Of a DNA stretch of 64,000 nt, positions 37,701 through 51,800 are shown in pieces. Under the pieces are notes generated by a model. It ran no database searches, had not been told where the DNA came from, and saw nothing but the letters and a program-made list of their open reading frames with translations. The position numbers were made by a program, and so were the translations under genes. Each line of letters begins with the position of its first letter. Within the stretch, counting starts at the first letter, position 1. Source of the DNA: Antedon mediterranea (Eukaryota; Animalia; Echinodermata); NCBI RefSeq assembly GCF_964355755.1, contig NC_092680.1, forward strand, positions 10,912,001 to 10,976,000. The letters are read 5' to 3'.

Positions 37701-40600
37701 AAAACGTCTCCAAATGCGATTTGAAGCTATTCTGTACACTTTGATGTTTTGTGTGAAAAAGTTTTGTCGAAATGCTCAAAATGGTCTAAAACGTTTTTAA
37801 AACGATATTAAGCTATTTTGTGCTCTTTGATGTTTTTGTGTAACCAAGTTTCATCGAAATCAACAAAATGGTCTAATACGTCTCCAAATGCGATTTGAAG
37901 CTTTTCCAAGCACTTTGCTGTTTTTATGTTAACAAGTTTTTTCGAAAATCACAAAATGGTCTAAAACGTCTTCAAATGCGATTTGAAGCTATTCTGTACA
38001 CTTTGATGTTTTGTGTGAAAAAGTTTTGTCGAAATGCTCAAAATGGTCTAAAACGTTTTTAAATACGATATTAAGCTATTTTGTGATCTTTGATGTTTTT
38101 GTGTGAAAAGTTTTATCGAAATGCTCAAAATGGTCTAAAACGGTTTCTAATGCGATTTGAAGCTATTCTGTACACTTTGAAGTTTTTTGTTAAAAAGTTT
38201 TTTCGAAATGCTCAAAATGGTCTAAAAAGTTTTTATATACCATATTAAGCTATTTTGTGCACTTTGATGTTTTTTGTGAAAAGTTTTATCGAAATGCTCA
38301 AAATGGTCTAAAACGGTTTCTATTGTGATTTTAAGCACTTTGATGATTTTGTGTAACCAAGTTTCATCGAAATGTACAAAATGGTCTAAAACGTCTCCAA
38401 ATGCGATTTGAAGCTAATCTAAGTACTTTTGTGTTTTTATGTTAACAAGTTTTTTCGAAAATCACAAAATGGTCTAAAACGTCTTCAAATGCGATTTGAA
38501 GCTATTCTGTACACTTTGATGTTTTGTGTGAAAAAGTTTTGTCGAAATGCTCAAAATGGTCTAAAACGTTTTTAAATACGATATTAAGCTATTTTGTGAT
38601 CTTTGATGTTTTTGTGTGAAAAGTTTTATCGAAATGCTCAAAATGGTCTAAAACGGTTTCTAATGCGATTTGAAGCTATTCTGTACACTTTGAAGTTTTT
38701 TGTGAAAAAGTTTTCTCGAAATGCTCAAAATGGTCTAAAACGTTTTTATATACCATATTAAGCTATTTTGTGCACTTTGATGTTTTTTGTGAAAAGTTTT
38801 ATCGAAATTCTCAAAATGGTCTAAAACGGTTTCTATTGTGATTTTAAGCACTTTGATGATTTTGTGTAACCAAGTTTCATCGAAATGTACAAAATGGTCT
38901 AAAACGTCTCCAAATGCGATTTGAAGCTCTTCTGTACACTTTGATGTTTTGTGTGAAAAAGTTTTGTCGAAATTCTCAAAATGGTCTAAAACGTTTTTAA
39001 ATACGATATTAAGCTGTTTTGTGCACTTTGATGATTTGTGTGAAAAGTTTTAACGAAATGCTCAAAATGGTCAAAAACGGTTTCTAATGTGATTTTAAGC
39101 ACTTTGATGTTTTTGTGTAACCAAGTTTTTTCAAAAATCACAAAATGGTCGAAAACGTCTCCAAATGCGATTTGAAGCTTTTCTAAGCACTTTGGTGTTT
39201 TTATGTTAACAAGTTTTTTCGAAAATCACAAAATGGTCTAAAACGTCTCCAAATGCGATTTGAAGATATTCTGAGCACTTTGGTGTTTTTATGTTAAAAA
39301 GTTTTTTCGAAAATCACAAAATAGTCTAAAACGTCTCAAAATTCGATTTGAAGCTATTCTGTACACTTTATGTTTTGTGTGAAAAAGTTTTGTCGAAATG
39401 CTCAAAATGGTCTAAAACGTTTTTAAAACGATATTAAGCTATTTTGTGCTCTTTGATGTTTTTGTGTAACCAAGTTTCATCGAAAATCACAAAATGGTCT
39501 AAAACGTCTCCAAATGCGATTTGAAGCTTTTCTAAGCACTTTGGTGTTTTTATGTTAACAAGTTTTTTCGAAAATCACGAAATGGTCTAAAATGTCTCCA
39601 AATGCGATTTGAAGATATTCTGAGCACTTTGGTGTTTTTATGTTAAAAAGTTTTTTCGAAAATCACAAAATGGTCTAAAACGTCTCCAAATGCGATTTGA
39701 GGATATTCTGAGCACTTTGGTGTTTTTATGTTAAAAAGTTTTTTCGAAAATCACAAAATGGTCTAAAACGTCTCAAAATGCGATTTGAAGCTATTCTGTA
39801 CACTTTGATGTTTTGTGTGAAAAAGTTTTGTCGAAATGCTCAAAATGGTCTAAAACGTTTTTAAAACGATATTAAGCTATTTTGTGCTCTTTGATGTTTT
39901 TGTGTAACCAAGTTTCATCGAAATCAACAAAATGGTCTAATACGTCTCCAAATGCGATTTGAAGCTTTTCCAAGCACTTTGCTGTTTTTATGTTAACAAG
40001 TTTTTTCGAAAATCACAAAATGGTCTAAAACGTCTTCAAATGCGATTTGAAGCTATTCTGTACACTTTGATGTTTTGTGTGAAAAAGTTTTGTCGAAATG
40101 CTCAAAATGGTCTAAAACGTTTTTAAATACGATATTAAGCTATTTTGTGATCTTTGATGTTTTTGTGTGAAAAGTTTTATCAAAATGCTCAAAATGGTCT
40201 GAAACGGTTTCTAATGCGATTTGAAGCTATTCTGTACACTTTGAAGTTTTGTGTGAAAAAGTTTTCTCGAAATGCTCAAAATGGTCTAAAACGTTTTTAT
40301 ATACCATATTAAGCTATTTTGTGCACTTTGATGTTTTTTGTGAAAAGTTTTATCGAAATGCTCAAAATGGTCTAAAACGGTTTCTATTGGGATTTTAAGC
40401 ACTTTGATGATTTTGTGTAACCAAGTTTCATCGAAATGTACAAAATGGTCTAAAACGTCTCCAAATGCGATTTGAAGCTATTCTAAGTACTTTTGTGTTT
40501 TTATGTTAACAAGTTTTTTCGAAAATCACAAAATGGTCTAAAACGTCTTCAAATGCGATTTGAAGCTATTCTGTACACTTTTATGTTTTGTGTGAAAAAG
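7750..40600 (+). repeat. Three tandem copies of an ~11.3-kb super-unit (15.3 kb with internal duplication, 10.9 kb, 6.1 kb with internal deletion); boundaries approximate
   Basis: GCGAAAAAG is at 7951/23250/34156 and GCTAATCTAAG at 21409/32315/38413. Near-identical ORF-track entries occur at 8749/24046/34952. Confidence 0.85.
10140..18223 (+). repeat. 4042-bp near-identical tandem duplication
   Basis: Rare variants recur at a constant offset of 4042: TACAATATT 10231/14273, AACGTCTGCA 11321/15363, AATCCGAT 12971/17013, CGAAATTGTC 14161/18203. Confidence 0.9.
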
Positions 40601-43600
40601 TTTTGTCGAAATTCTCAAAATGGTCTAAAACGTTTTTAAATACGATATTAAGCTGTTTTGTGCACTTTGATGATTTGTGTGAAAAGTTTTAACGAAATGC
40701 TCAAAATGGTCAAAAACGGTTTCTAATGTGATTTTAAGCACTTTGATGTTTTTGTGTAACCAAGTTTTTTCAAAAATCACAAAATGGTCTAAAACGTCTC
40801 CAAATGCGATTTGAAGCTTTTCTAAGCACTTTGGTGTTTTTATGTTAACAAGTTTTTTCGAAAATCACAAAATGGTCTAAAACGTCTCCAAATGCGATTT
40901 GAAGATATTCTGAGCACTTTGGTGTTTTTATGTTAAAAAGTTTTTTCGAAAATCACAAAATAGTCTAAAACGTCTCCAAATGCGATTTGAAGCTATTCTG
41001 TACACTTTGATGTTTTGTGTGAAAAAGTTTTGTCGAAATGCTCAAAATGGTCTAAAACGTTTTTAAAACGATATTAAGCTATTTTGTGCTCTTTGATGTT
41101 TTTGTGTAACCAAGTTTCATCGAAATCAACAAAATGGTCTAATACGTCTCCAAATGCGATTTGAAGCTTTTCCAAGCACTTTTGTGTTTTTATGTTAACA
41201 AGTTTTTTCGAAAATCACAAAATGGTCAAAAACGTCTTCAAATGCGATTTGAAGCTATTCTGTACACTTTGATGTTTTGTGTGAAAAAGTTTTGTCGAAA
41301 TGCTCAAAATGGTCTAAAACGTTTTTAAATACGATATTAAGCTATTTTGTGATCTTTGATGTTTTTGTGTGAAAAGTTTTATCGAAATGCTCAAAATGGT
41401 CTAAAATGGTTTCTAATGCGATTTGAAGCTATTCTGTACACTTTGAAGTTTTTTGTGAAAAAGTTTTCTCGAAATGCTCAAAATGGTCTAAAACGTTTTT
41501 ATATACCATATTAAGCTATTTTGTGCACTTTGATGTTTTTTGTGAAAAGTTTTATCGAAATTCTCAAAATGGTCTAAAACGGTTTCTATTGTGACTTTAA
41601 GCACTTTGATGATTTTGTGTAACCAAGTTTCATCGAAATGTACAAAATGGTCTAAAACGTCTCCAAATGCGATTTGAAGCTCTTCTGTACACTTTGATGT
41701 TTTGTGTGAAAAAGTTTTTTTCGAAATTCTCAAAATGGTCTAAAACGTTTTTAAATATGATATTAAGCTGTTTTGTGCACTTTGATGATTTGTGTGAAAA
41801 GTTTTAACGAAATGCTCAAAATGGTCAAAAACGGTTTCTAATGTGATTTTAAACACTTTGATGTTTTTGTGTAACCAAGTTTTTTCAAAAATCACAAAAT
41901 GGTCTAAAACGTCTCCAAATGCGATTTGAAGCTTTTCTAAGCACTTTGGTGTTTTTATGTTAACAAGTTTTTTCGAAAATCACAAAATGGTCTAAAACGT
42001 CTCTAAATGCGATTTGAAGATATTCTGAGCACTTTGGTGTTTTTATGTTAAAAAGTTTTTTCGAAAATCACAAAATAGTCTAAACCGTCTCAAAATGCGA
42101 TTTGAAGCTATTCTGTACACTTTGATGTTTTGTGTGAAAAAGTTTTGTCGAAATGCTCAAAATGGTCTAAAACGTTTTTAAAACGATATTAAGCTATTTT
42201 GTGCTCTTTGATGTTTTTGTGTAACCAAGTTTCATCGAAAATCACAAAATGGTCTAAAACGTCTCCAAATGCGATTTGAAGCTTTTCTAAGCACTTTGGT
42301 GTTTTTATGTTAACAAGTTTTTTCGAAAATCACGAAATGGTCTAAAATGTCTCCAAATGCGATTTGAAGATATTCTGAGCACTTTGGTGTTTTTATGTTA
42401 AAACGTTTTTTCGAAAATCACAAAATGGTCTAAAACGTCTCCAAATGCGATTTGAAGCTCTTCTGTACACTTTGATGTTTTGTGTGAAAAAGTTTTGTCG
42501 AAATGCTCAAAATGGTCTAAAACGTTTTTAAATACGATATTAAGCTGTTTTGTGCAGTTTGATGATTTGTGTGAAAAGTTTTAACGAAATGCTCAAAATG
42601 GTCTAAAACGGTTTCTAATGTGATTTTAAGCACTTTGATGTTTTTGTGTAACCAAGTTTTTTCGAAAATCACAAAATGGTCTAAAACGTCTCCAAATGCG
42701 ATTTGAAGCTTTTCTAAGCACTTTGGTGTTTTTATGTTAACAAGTTTTTTCGAAAATCACAAAATGGTCTAAAACGTCTCCAAATGCGATTTGAAGCTAT
42801 TCTGCACACTTTGATGTTTTGTGTGAAAAAGTTTTGTCGAAATACTCAAAATGGTCTAAAACGTTTTTAAAACGATATTAAGCTATTTTGTGCTCTTTGA
42901 TGTTTTTGTGTAACCAAGTTTCATCGAAATCAACAAAATGGTCTAAAACGTCTCCAAATGCGATTTGAAGCTTTTCTAAGCACTTTTGTGATTTTATGTT
43001 AACAAGTTTTTTCGAAAATCACAAAATGGTCTAAAACGTCTCCAAATGCGATTTGAAGCTCTTCTGTACACTTTGATGTTTTGTGTGAAAAAGTTTTGTC
43101 GAAATTCTCAAAATGGTCTAAAACGTTTTTAAATACGATATTAAGCTGTTTTGTGCACTTTGATGATTTGTGTGAAAAGTTTTAACGAAATGCTCAAAAT
43201 GGTCTAAAACGGTTTCTAATGTGATTTTAAGCACTTTGATGTTTTTGTGTAACCAAGTTTTTTCGAAAATCACAAAATAGTCTAAAACGTCTCCAAATGC
43301 GATTTGAAGCTTTTTTAAGCACTTTGGTGTTTTTATGTTAACAAGTTTTTTCGAAAATCACAAAATGGTCTAAAACGTCTCCAAATGCGATTTGAGGATA
43401 TTCTGAGCACTTTGGTGTTTTTTTGTTAAAAAGTTTTTTCGAAAATCACAAAATGGTCTAAAACGTCTCCAAATGCGATTTGAAGCTATTCTGTACACTT
43501 TGATGTTTTGTGTGAAAAAGTTTTGTCGAAATGCTCAAAATGGTCTAAAACGTTTTTAAATACGATATTAAGCTATTTTGTGATCTTTGATGTTTTTGTG

Positions 43601-44009
43601 TGAAAAGTTTTATCGAAAGGCTTAAAATGGTCTAAACCGGTTTCTATTGTGATTTTAAGCACTTTGATGATTTTGTGTAACCAAGTTTCATCGAAATGTA
43701 CAAAATGGTCTAAAACGTCTCCAAATGCGATTTGAAGCTATTCTAAGTACTTTTGTGTTTTTATGTTAACAAGTTTTTTCGAAAATCACAAAATGGTCTA
43801 AAACGTCTTCAAATGCGATTTGAAGCTATTCTGTACACTTTGATGTTTTGTGTGAAAAAGTTTTGTCAAAATGCTCAAAATGGTCTAAAACGTTTTTAAA
43901 ACGATATTAAGCTATTTTGTGCTCTTTGATGATTTTGTGTAACCAAGTTTCATCGAAATGTACAAAATGGTCTAAAACGTCTCCAAATGCGATTTGAAGC
44001 TATTCTAAG

Positions 44010-47000
44010 TACTTTGGTGTTTTTATGTTAACAAGTTTTTTCGAAAATCACGAAATGGTCTAAAATGTCTCCAAATGCGATTTGAAGATATTCTGAGCAC
44101 TTTGATGTTTTTGTGTGAAAAGTTTTATCGAAATGCTCAAAATGGTCTAAAACGGTTTCTAATGCGATTTGAAGCTATTCTGTACACTTTGAAGTTTTTG
44201 GTGAAAAAGTTTTCTCGAAATGCTCAAAATGGTCTAAAACGTTTTTATATACCATATTAAGCTATTTTGTGCACTTTTATGTTTTGTGTGAAAAAGTTTT
44301 GTCGAAATGCTCAAAATGGTCTAAAACGTTTTTAAATACGATATTAAGCTGTTTTGTGCACTTTGATGATTTGTGTGAAAAGTTTTAACGAAATGCTCAA
44401 AATGGTCTAAAACGGTTTCTAATGTGATTTTAAGCACTTTGATGTTTATGTGTAACCAAGTTTTTTCGAAAATCACAAAATGGTCTAAAACGTCTCCAAA
44501 TGCGATTTGAAGCTTTTCTAAGCACTTTGGTGTTTTTATGTTAACAAGTTTTTTCGAAAATAACAAAATGGTCTAAAACGTCTCCAAATGCGATTTGAGG
44601 ATATTCTGAGCACTTTGGTGTTTTTATGTTAAAAAGTTTTTTCGAAAATCACAAAATGGTCTAAAACGTCTCAAAATGCGATTTGAAGCTATTCTGTACA
44701 CTTTGATGTTTTGTGTGAAAAAGTTTTGTCGAAATGCTCAAAATGGTCTAAAACGTTTTTAAAACGATATTAAGCTATTTTGTGCTCTTTGATGTTTTTG
44801 TGTAACCAAGTTTCATCGAAATCAACAAAATGGTCTAATACGTCTCCAAATGCGATTTGAAGCTTTTCCAAGCACTTTGCTGTTTTTATGTTAACAAGTT
44901 TTTTCGAAAATCACAAAATGGTCTAAAACGTCTTCAAATGCGATTTGAAGCTATTCTGTACACTTTGATGTTTTGTGTGAAAAAGTTTTGTCGAAATGCT
45001 CAAAATGGTCTAAAACGTTTTTAAATACGATATTAAGCTATTTTGTGATCTTTGATGTTTTTTTGTGAAAAGTTTTATCGAAATGCTCAAAATGGTCTAA
45101 AACGGTTTCTAATGCGATTTGAAGCTATTCGGTACACTTTGAAGTTTTTTGTGAAAAAGTTTTCTCGAAATGCTCAAAATGGTCTAAAAAGTTTTTATAT
45201 ACCATATTAAGCTATTTTGTGCACTTTGATGTTTTTTGTGAAAAGTTTTATCGAAATGCTCAAAATGGTCTAAAACGGTTTCTATTGTGATTTTAAGCAC
45301 TTTGATGATTTTGTGTAACCAAGTTTCATCGAAATGTACAAAATGGTCTAAAACGTCTCCAAATGCGATTTGAAGCTATTCTAAGTACTTTTGTGTTTTT
45401 ATGTTAACAAGTTTTTTCGAAAATCACAAAATGGTCTAAAACGTCTTCAAATGCGATTTGAAGCTATTCTGTACACTTTGATGTTTTGTGTGAAAAAGTT
45501 TTGTCGAAATGCTCAAAATGGTCTAAAACGTTTTTAAATACGATATTAAGCTATTTTGTGATCTTTGATGTTTTTGTGTGAAAAGTTTTATCGAAATGCT
45601 CAAAATGGTCTAAAACGGTTTCTAATGCGATTTGAAGCTATTCTGTACACTTTGAAGTTTTTTGTGAAAAAGTTTTCTCGAAATTCTCAAAATGGTCTAA
45701 AACGGTTTCTATTGTGACTTTAAGCACTTTGATGATTTTGTGTAACCAAGTTTCATCGAAATGTACAAAATGGTCTAAAACGTCTCCAAATGCGATTTGA
45801 AGCTCTTCTGTACACTTTGATGTTTTGTGTGAAAAAGTTTTGTCGAAATTCTCAAAATGGTCTAAAACGTTTTTAAATATGATATTAAGCTGTTTTGTGC
45901 ACTTTGATGATTTGTGTGAAAAGTTTTAACGAAATGCTCAAAATGGTCAAAAACGGTTTCTAATGTGATTTTAAACACTTTGATGTTTTTGTGTAACCAA
46001 GTTTTTTAAAAAATCACAAAATGGTCTAAAACGTCTCCAAATGCGATTTGAAGCTTTTCTAAGCACTTTGGTGTTTTTATGTTAACAAGTTTTTTCGAAA
46101 ATCACAAAATGGTTTAAAACGTCTACAAATGCGATTTGAAGATATTCTGAGCACTTTGGTGTTTTTATGTTAAAATGTTTTTTCGAAAATCACAAAATAG
46201 TCTAAACCGTCTCAAAATGCGATTTGAAGCTATTCTGTACACTTTGATGTTTTGTGTGAAAAAGTTTTTTCGAAATGCTCAAAATGGTCTAAAACGTTTT
46301 TAAAACGATATTAAGCTATTTTGTGCTCTTTGATGTTTTTGTGTAACCAAGTTTCATCGAAAATCACAAAATGGTCTAAAACGTCTCCAAATGCGATTTG
46401 AAGCTTTTCTAAGCACTTTGGTGTTTTTATGTTAACAAGTTTTTTCGAAAATCACGAAATGGTCTAAAATGTCTCCAAATGCGATTTGAAGATATTCTGA
46501 GCACTTTGATGTTTTTGTGTGAAAAGTTTTATCGAAATGCTCAAAATGGTCTAAAACGGTTTCTAATGCGATTTGAAGCTATTCTGTACACTTTGAAGTT
46601 TTTGGTGAAAAAGTTTTCTCGAAATGCTCAAAATGGTCTAAAACGTTTTTATATACCATATTAAGCTATTTTGTGCACTTTTATGTTTTGTGTGAAAAAG
46701 TTTTGTCGAAATGCTCAAAATGGTCTAAAACGTTTTTAAATACGATATTAAGCTGTTTTGTGCACTTTGATGATTTGTGTGAAAAGTTTTAACGAAATGC
46801 TCAAAATGGTCTAAAACGGTTTCTAATGTGATTTTAAGCACTTTGATGTTTATGTGTAACCAAGTTTTTTCGAAAATCACAAAATGGTCTAAAACGTCTC
46901 CAAATGCGATTTGAAGCTTTTCTAAGCACTTTGGTGTTTTTATGTTAACAAGTTTTTTCGAAAATAACAAAATGGTCTAAAACGTCTCCAAATGCGATTT

Positions 47001-48830
47001 GAGGATATTCTGAGCACTTTGGTGTTTTTATGTTAAAAAGTTTTTTCGAAAATCACAAAATGGTCTAAAACGTCTCAAAATGCGATTTGAAGCTATTCTG
47101 TACACTTTGATGTTTTGTGTGAAAAAGTTTTGTCGAAATGCTCAAAATGGTCTAAAACGTTTTTAAAACGATATTAAGCTATTTTGTGCTCTTTGATGTT
47201 TTTGTGTAACCAAGTTTCATCGAAATCAACAAAATGGTCTAATACGTCTCCAAATGCGATTTGAAGCTTTTCCAAGCACTTTGCTGTTTTTATGTTAACA
47301 AGTTTTTTCGAAAATCACAAAATGGTCTAAAACGTCTTCAAATGCGATTTGAAGCTATTCTGTACACTTTGATGTTTTGTGTGAAAAAGTTTTGTCGAAA
47401 TGCTCAAAATGGTCTAAAACGTTTTTAAATACGATATTAAGCTATTTTGTGATCTTTGATGTTTTTTTGTGAAAAGTTTTATCGAAATGCTCAAAATGGT
47501 CTAAAACGGTTTCTAATGCGATTTGAAGCTATTCGGTACACTTTGAAGTTTTTTGTGAAAAAGTTTTCTCGAAATGCTCAAAATGGTCTAAAAAGTTTTT
47601 ATATACCATATTAAGCTATTTTGTGCACTTTGATGTTTTTTGTGAAAAGTTTTATCGAAATGCTCAAAATGGTCTAAAACGGTTTCTATTGTGATTTTAA
47701 GCACTTTGATGATTTTGTGTAACCAAGTTTCATCGAAATGTACAAAATGGTCTAAAACGTCTCCAAATGCGATTTGAAGCTATTCTAAGTACTTTTGTGT
47801 TTTTATGTTAACAAGTTTTTTCGAAAATCACAAAATGGTCTAAAACGTCTTCAAATGCGATTTGAAGCTATTCTGTACACTTTGATGTTTTGTGTGAAAA
47901 AGTTTTGTCGAAATGCTCAAAATGGTCTAAAACGTTTTTAAATACGATATTAAGCTATTTTGTGATCTTTGATGTTTTTGTGTGAAAAGTTTTATCGAAA
48001 TGCTCAAAATGGTCTAAAACGGTTTCTAATGCGATTTGAAGCTATTCTGTACACTTTGAAGTTTTTTGTGAAAAAGTTTTCTCGAAATTCTCAAAATGGT
48101 CTAAAACGGTTTCTATTGTGACTTTAAGCACATGATTTTGTGTAACCAAGTTTCATCGAAATGTACAAAATGGTCTAAAACGTCTCCAAATGCGAATTGA
48201 AGCTCTTCTGTACACTTTGATGTTTTGTGTGAAAAAGTTTTGTCGAAATTCTCAAAATGGTCTAAAACGTTTTTAAATATGATATTAAGCTGTTTTGTGC
48301 ACTTTGATGATTTGTGTGAAAAGTTTTAACGAAATGCTCAAAATGGTCAAAAACGGTTTCTAATGTGATTTTAAACACTTTGATGTTTTTGTGTAACCAA
48401 GTTTTTTAAAAAATCACAAAATGGTCTAAAACGTCTCCAAATGCGATTTGAAGCTTTTCTAAGCACTTTGGTGTTTTTATGTTAACAAGTTTTTTCGAAA
48501 ATCACAAAATGGTTTAAAACGTCTCCAAATGCGATTTGAAGATATTCTGAGCACTTTGGTGTTTTTATGTTAAAATGTTTTTTCGAAAATCACAAAATAG
48601 TCTAAACCGTCTCAAAATGCGATTTGAAGCTATTCTGTACACTTTGATGTTTTGTGTGAAAAAGTTTTTTCGAAATGCTCAAAATGGTCTAAAACGTTTT
48701 TAAAACGATATTAAGCTATTTTGTGCTCTTTGATGTTTTTGTGTAACCAAGTTTCATCGAAAATCACAAAATGGTCTAAAACGTCTCCAAATGCGATTTG
48801 AAGCTTTTCTAAGCACTTTGGTGTTTTTAT
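44010..48830 (+). repeat. 2404-bp tandem duplication (boundaries approximate)
   Basis: Identical ORF-track pairs occur at 44075/46479 and 44321/46725. Shared variants include GAAAATAACAAAA, TTTTTGGTGAAAA and GATGTTTATGTG. Confidence 0.88.
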
Positions 48831-51800
48831 GTTAACAAGTTTTTCGAAAATCACGAAATGGTCTAAAATGTCTCCAAATGCGATTTGAAAATATTCTGAG
48901 CACTTTGGTGTTTTTATGTTAAAACGTTTTTTCGAAAATCACAAAATGGTCTAAAACGTCTCCAAATGCGATTTGAAGCTCTTCTGTACACTTTGATGTT
49001 TTGTGTGAAAAAGTTTTGTCGAAATGCTCAAAATGGTCTAAAACGTTTTTAAATACGATATTAAGCTGTTTTGTGCAGTTTGATGATTTTTGTGAAAAGT
49101 TTTAACGAAATGCTCAAAATGGTCTAAAACGGTTTCTAATGTGATTTTAAGCACTTTAATGTTTTTGTGTAACCAAGTTTTTTCGAAAATCACAAAATGG
49201 TCTAAAACGTCTCCAAATGCGATTTGAAGCTTTTCTAAGCACTTTGGTGTTTTTATGTTAACAAGTTTTTTCGAAAAACACAAAATGGTCTAAAACGTCT
49301 CCAAATGCGATTTGAAGCTATTCTGCACACTTTGATGTTTTGTGTGAAAAAGTTTTGTCGAAATACTCAAAATGGTCTAAAACGTTTTTAAAACGATATT
49401 AAGCTATTTTGTGCTCTTTGATGTTTTTGTGTAACCAAGTTTCATCGAAATCAACAAAATGGTCTAATACGTCTCCAAATGCGATTTGAAGCTTTTCCAA
49501 GCACTTTGCTTTTTTTATGTTAACAAGTTTTTTCGAAAATCACAAAATGGTCTAAAACGTCTTCAAATGCGATTTGAAGCTATTCTGTACACTTTGATGT
49601 TTTGTGTGAAAAAGTTTTGTCGAAATGCTCAAAATGGTCTAAAACGTTTTTAAATACGATATTAAGCTATTTTGTGATCTTTGATGTTTTTGTGTGAAAA
49701 GTTTTATCGAAATGCTCAAAATGGTCTAAAACGGTTTCAAATGCGATTTGAAGCTATTCTGTACACTTTGAAGTTTTTTGTGAAAAAGTTTTCTCGAAAT
49801 GCTCAAAATGGTCTAAAACGTTTTTATATACCATATTAACCTATTTTGGGCACTTTGATGTTTTTTGTGAAAAGTTTTATCGAAATGCTCAAAATGGTCT
49901 AAAACGGTTTCTATTGTGATTTTAAGCACTTTGATGATTTTGTGTAACCAAGTTTCATCGAAATGTACAAAATGGTCTAAAACGTCTCCAAATGCGATTT
50001 GAAGCTATTCTAAGTACTTTTGTGTTTTTATGTTAACAAGTTTTTTCGAAAATCACAAAATGGTCTAAAACGTCTTCAAATGCGATTTGAAGTTATTCTG
50101 TACACTTTGATGTTTTGTGTGAAAAAGTTTTGTCGAAAAGCTCAAAATGGTCTAAAACGTTTTTAAATACGATATTAAGCTATTTTGTGATCTTTGATGT
50201 TTTTGTGTGAAAAGTTTTATCGAAATGCTCAAAATGGTCTGAAACGGTTTCTAATGCGATTTGAAGCTATTCTGTACACTTTGAAGTTTTTTGTGAAAAA
50301 GTTTTCTCGAAATGCTCAAAATGGTCTAAAACGTTTTTATATACCATATTAAGCTAATTTGTGCACTTTGATGTTTTTTGTGAAAAGTTTTATCGAAATG
50401 CTCAAAATGGTCTAAAACGGTTTCTATTGTGATTTTAAGCACTTTGATGATTTTGTGTAACCAAGTTTCATCGAAATGTACAAAATGGTCTAAAACGTCT
50501 CCAAATGCGATTTGAAGCTTTTCTAAGCACTTTGGTGTTTTTATGTTAACAAGTTTTTTTGAAAATCACAAAATGGTCTAAAACGTCTCCAAATGCGATT
50601 TGAAGATATTCTGAGCACTTTGGTGTTTTTATGTTAAAAAGTTTTTTCGAAAATCACAAAATAGTCTAAAACGTCTCAAAATGCGATTTGAAGCTATTCT
50701 GTACACTTTGATGTTTTGTGTGAAAAAGTTTTGTCGAAATGCTCAAAATGGTCTAAAACGTTTTTAAAACGATATTAAGCTATTTTGTGCTCTTTGATGT
50801 TTTTGTGTAACCAAGTTTCATCGAAAATCACAAAATGGTCTAAAACGTCTCAAAATGCGATTTGAAGCTTTTCTAAGCACTTTGGTGTTTTTATGTTAAG
50901 AAGTTTTTTCGAAAATCACGAAATGGTCTAAAATGTCTCCAAATGCGATTTGAAGATATTCTGAGCACTTTGGTGTTTTTATGTTAAAAAGTTTTTTCGA
51001 AAATCACAAAATGGTCTAAAACGTCTCCAAATGCGATTTGAAGCTCTTCTGTACACTTTGATGTTTTGTGTGAAAAAGTTTTGTCGAAATGCTCAAAATG
51101 GTCTAAAACGTTTTTAAATACGATATTAAGCTATTTTGTGCTCTTTGATGTTTTTGTGTAACCAAGTTTCATCGAAAATCACAAAATGGTCTAAAACGTC
51201 TTCAAATGCGATTTGAAGCTATTCTGTACACTTTGATGTTTTGTGTGAAAAAGTTTTGTCAAAATGCTCAAAATGGTCTAAAACGTTTTTAAAACGATAT
51301 TAAGCTATTTTGTGCTCTTTGATGTTTTTGTGTAACCAAGTTTCATCGAAAATCACAAAATTGTCTAAAACGTCTCCAGATGCGATTTGAAGCTTTTCTA
51401 AGCACTTTGGTGTTTTTATGTTAACAAGTTTTTTTAGAAAATCACAAAATGGTCTAAAACGTTTCCAAATGCGATTTGAAGCTCTTCTGTACACTTTGAT
51501 GTTTTGTGTGAAAAAGTTTTGTCGAAATTCTCAAAATGGTCTAAAACGTTTTTAAATACGATATTAAGCTGTTTTGGGCACTTTGATGATTTGTGTGAAA
51601 AGTTTTAACGAAATGCTCAAAATGGTCAAAAACGGTTTCTAATGTGATTTTAAGCACTTTGATGTTTTTGTGTAACCAAGTTTTTTCGAAAATCACAAAA
51701 TGGTCTAAAACGTCTCCAAATGCGATTTGAAGCTTTTCTAAGCACTTTGGTGTTTTTATGTTAACAAGTTTTTTCGAAAATCACAAAATGGTCTAAAACG

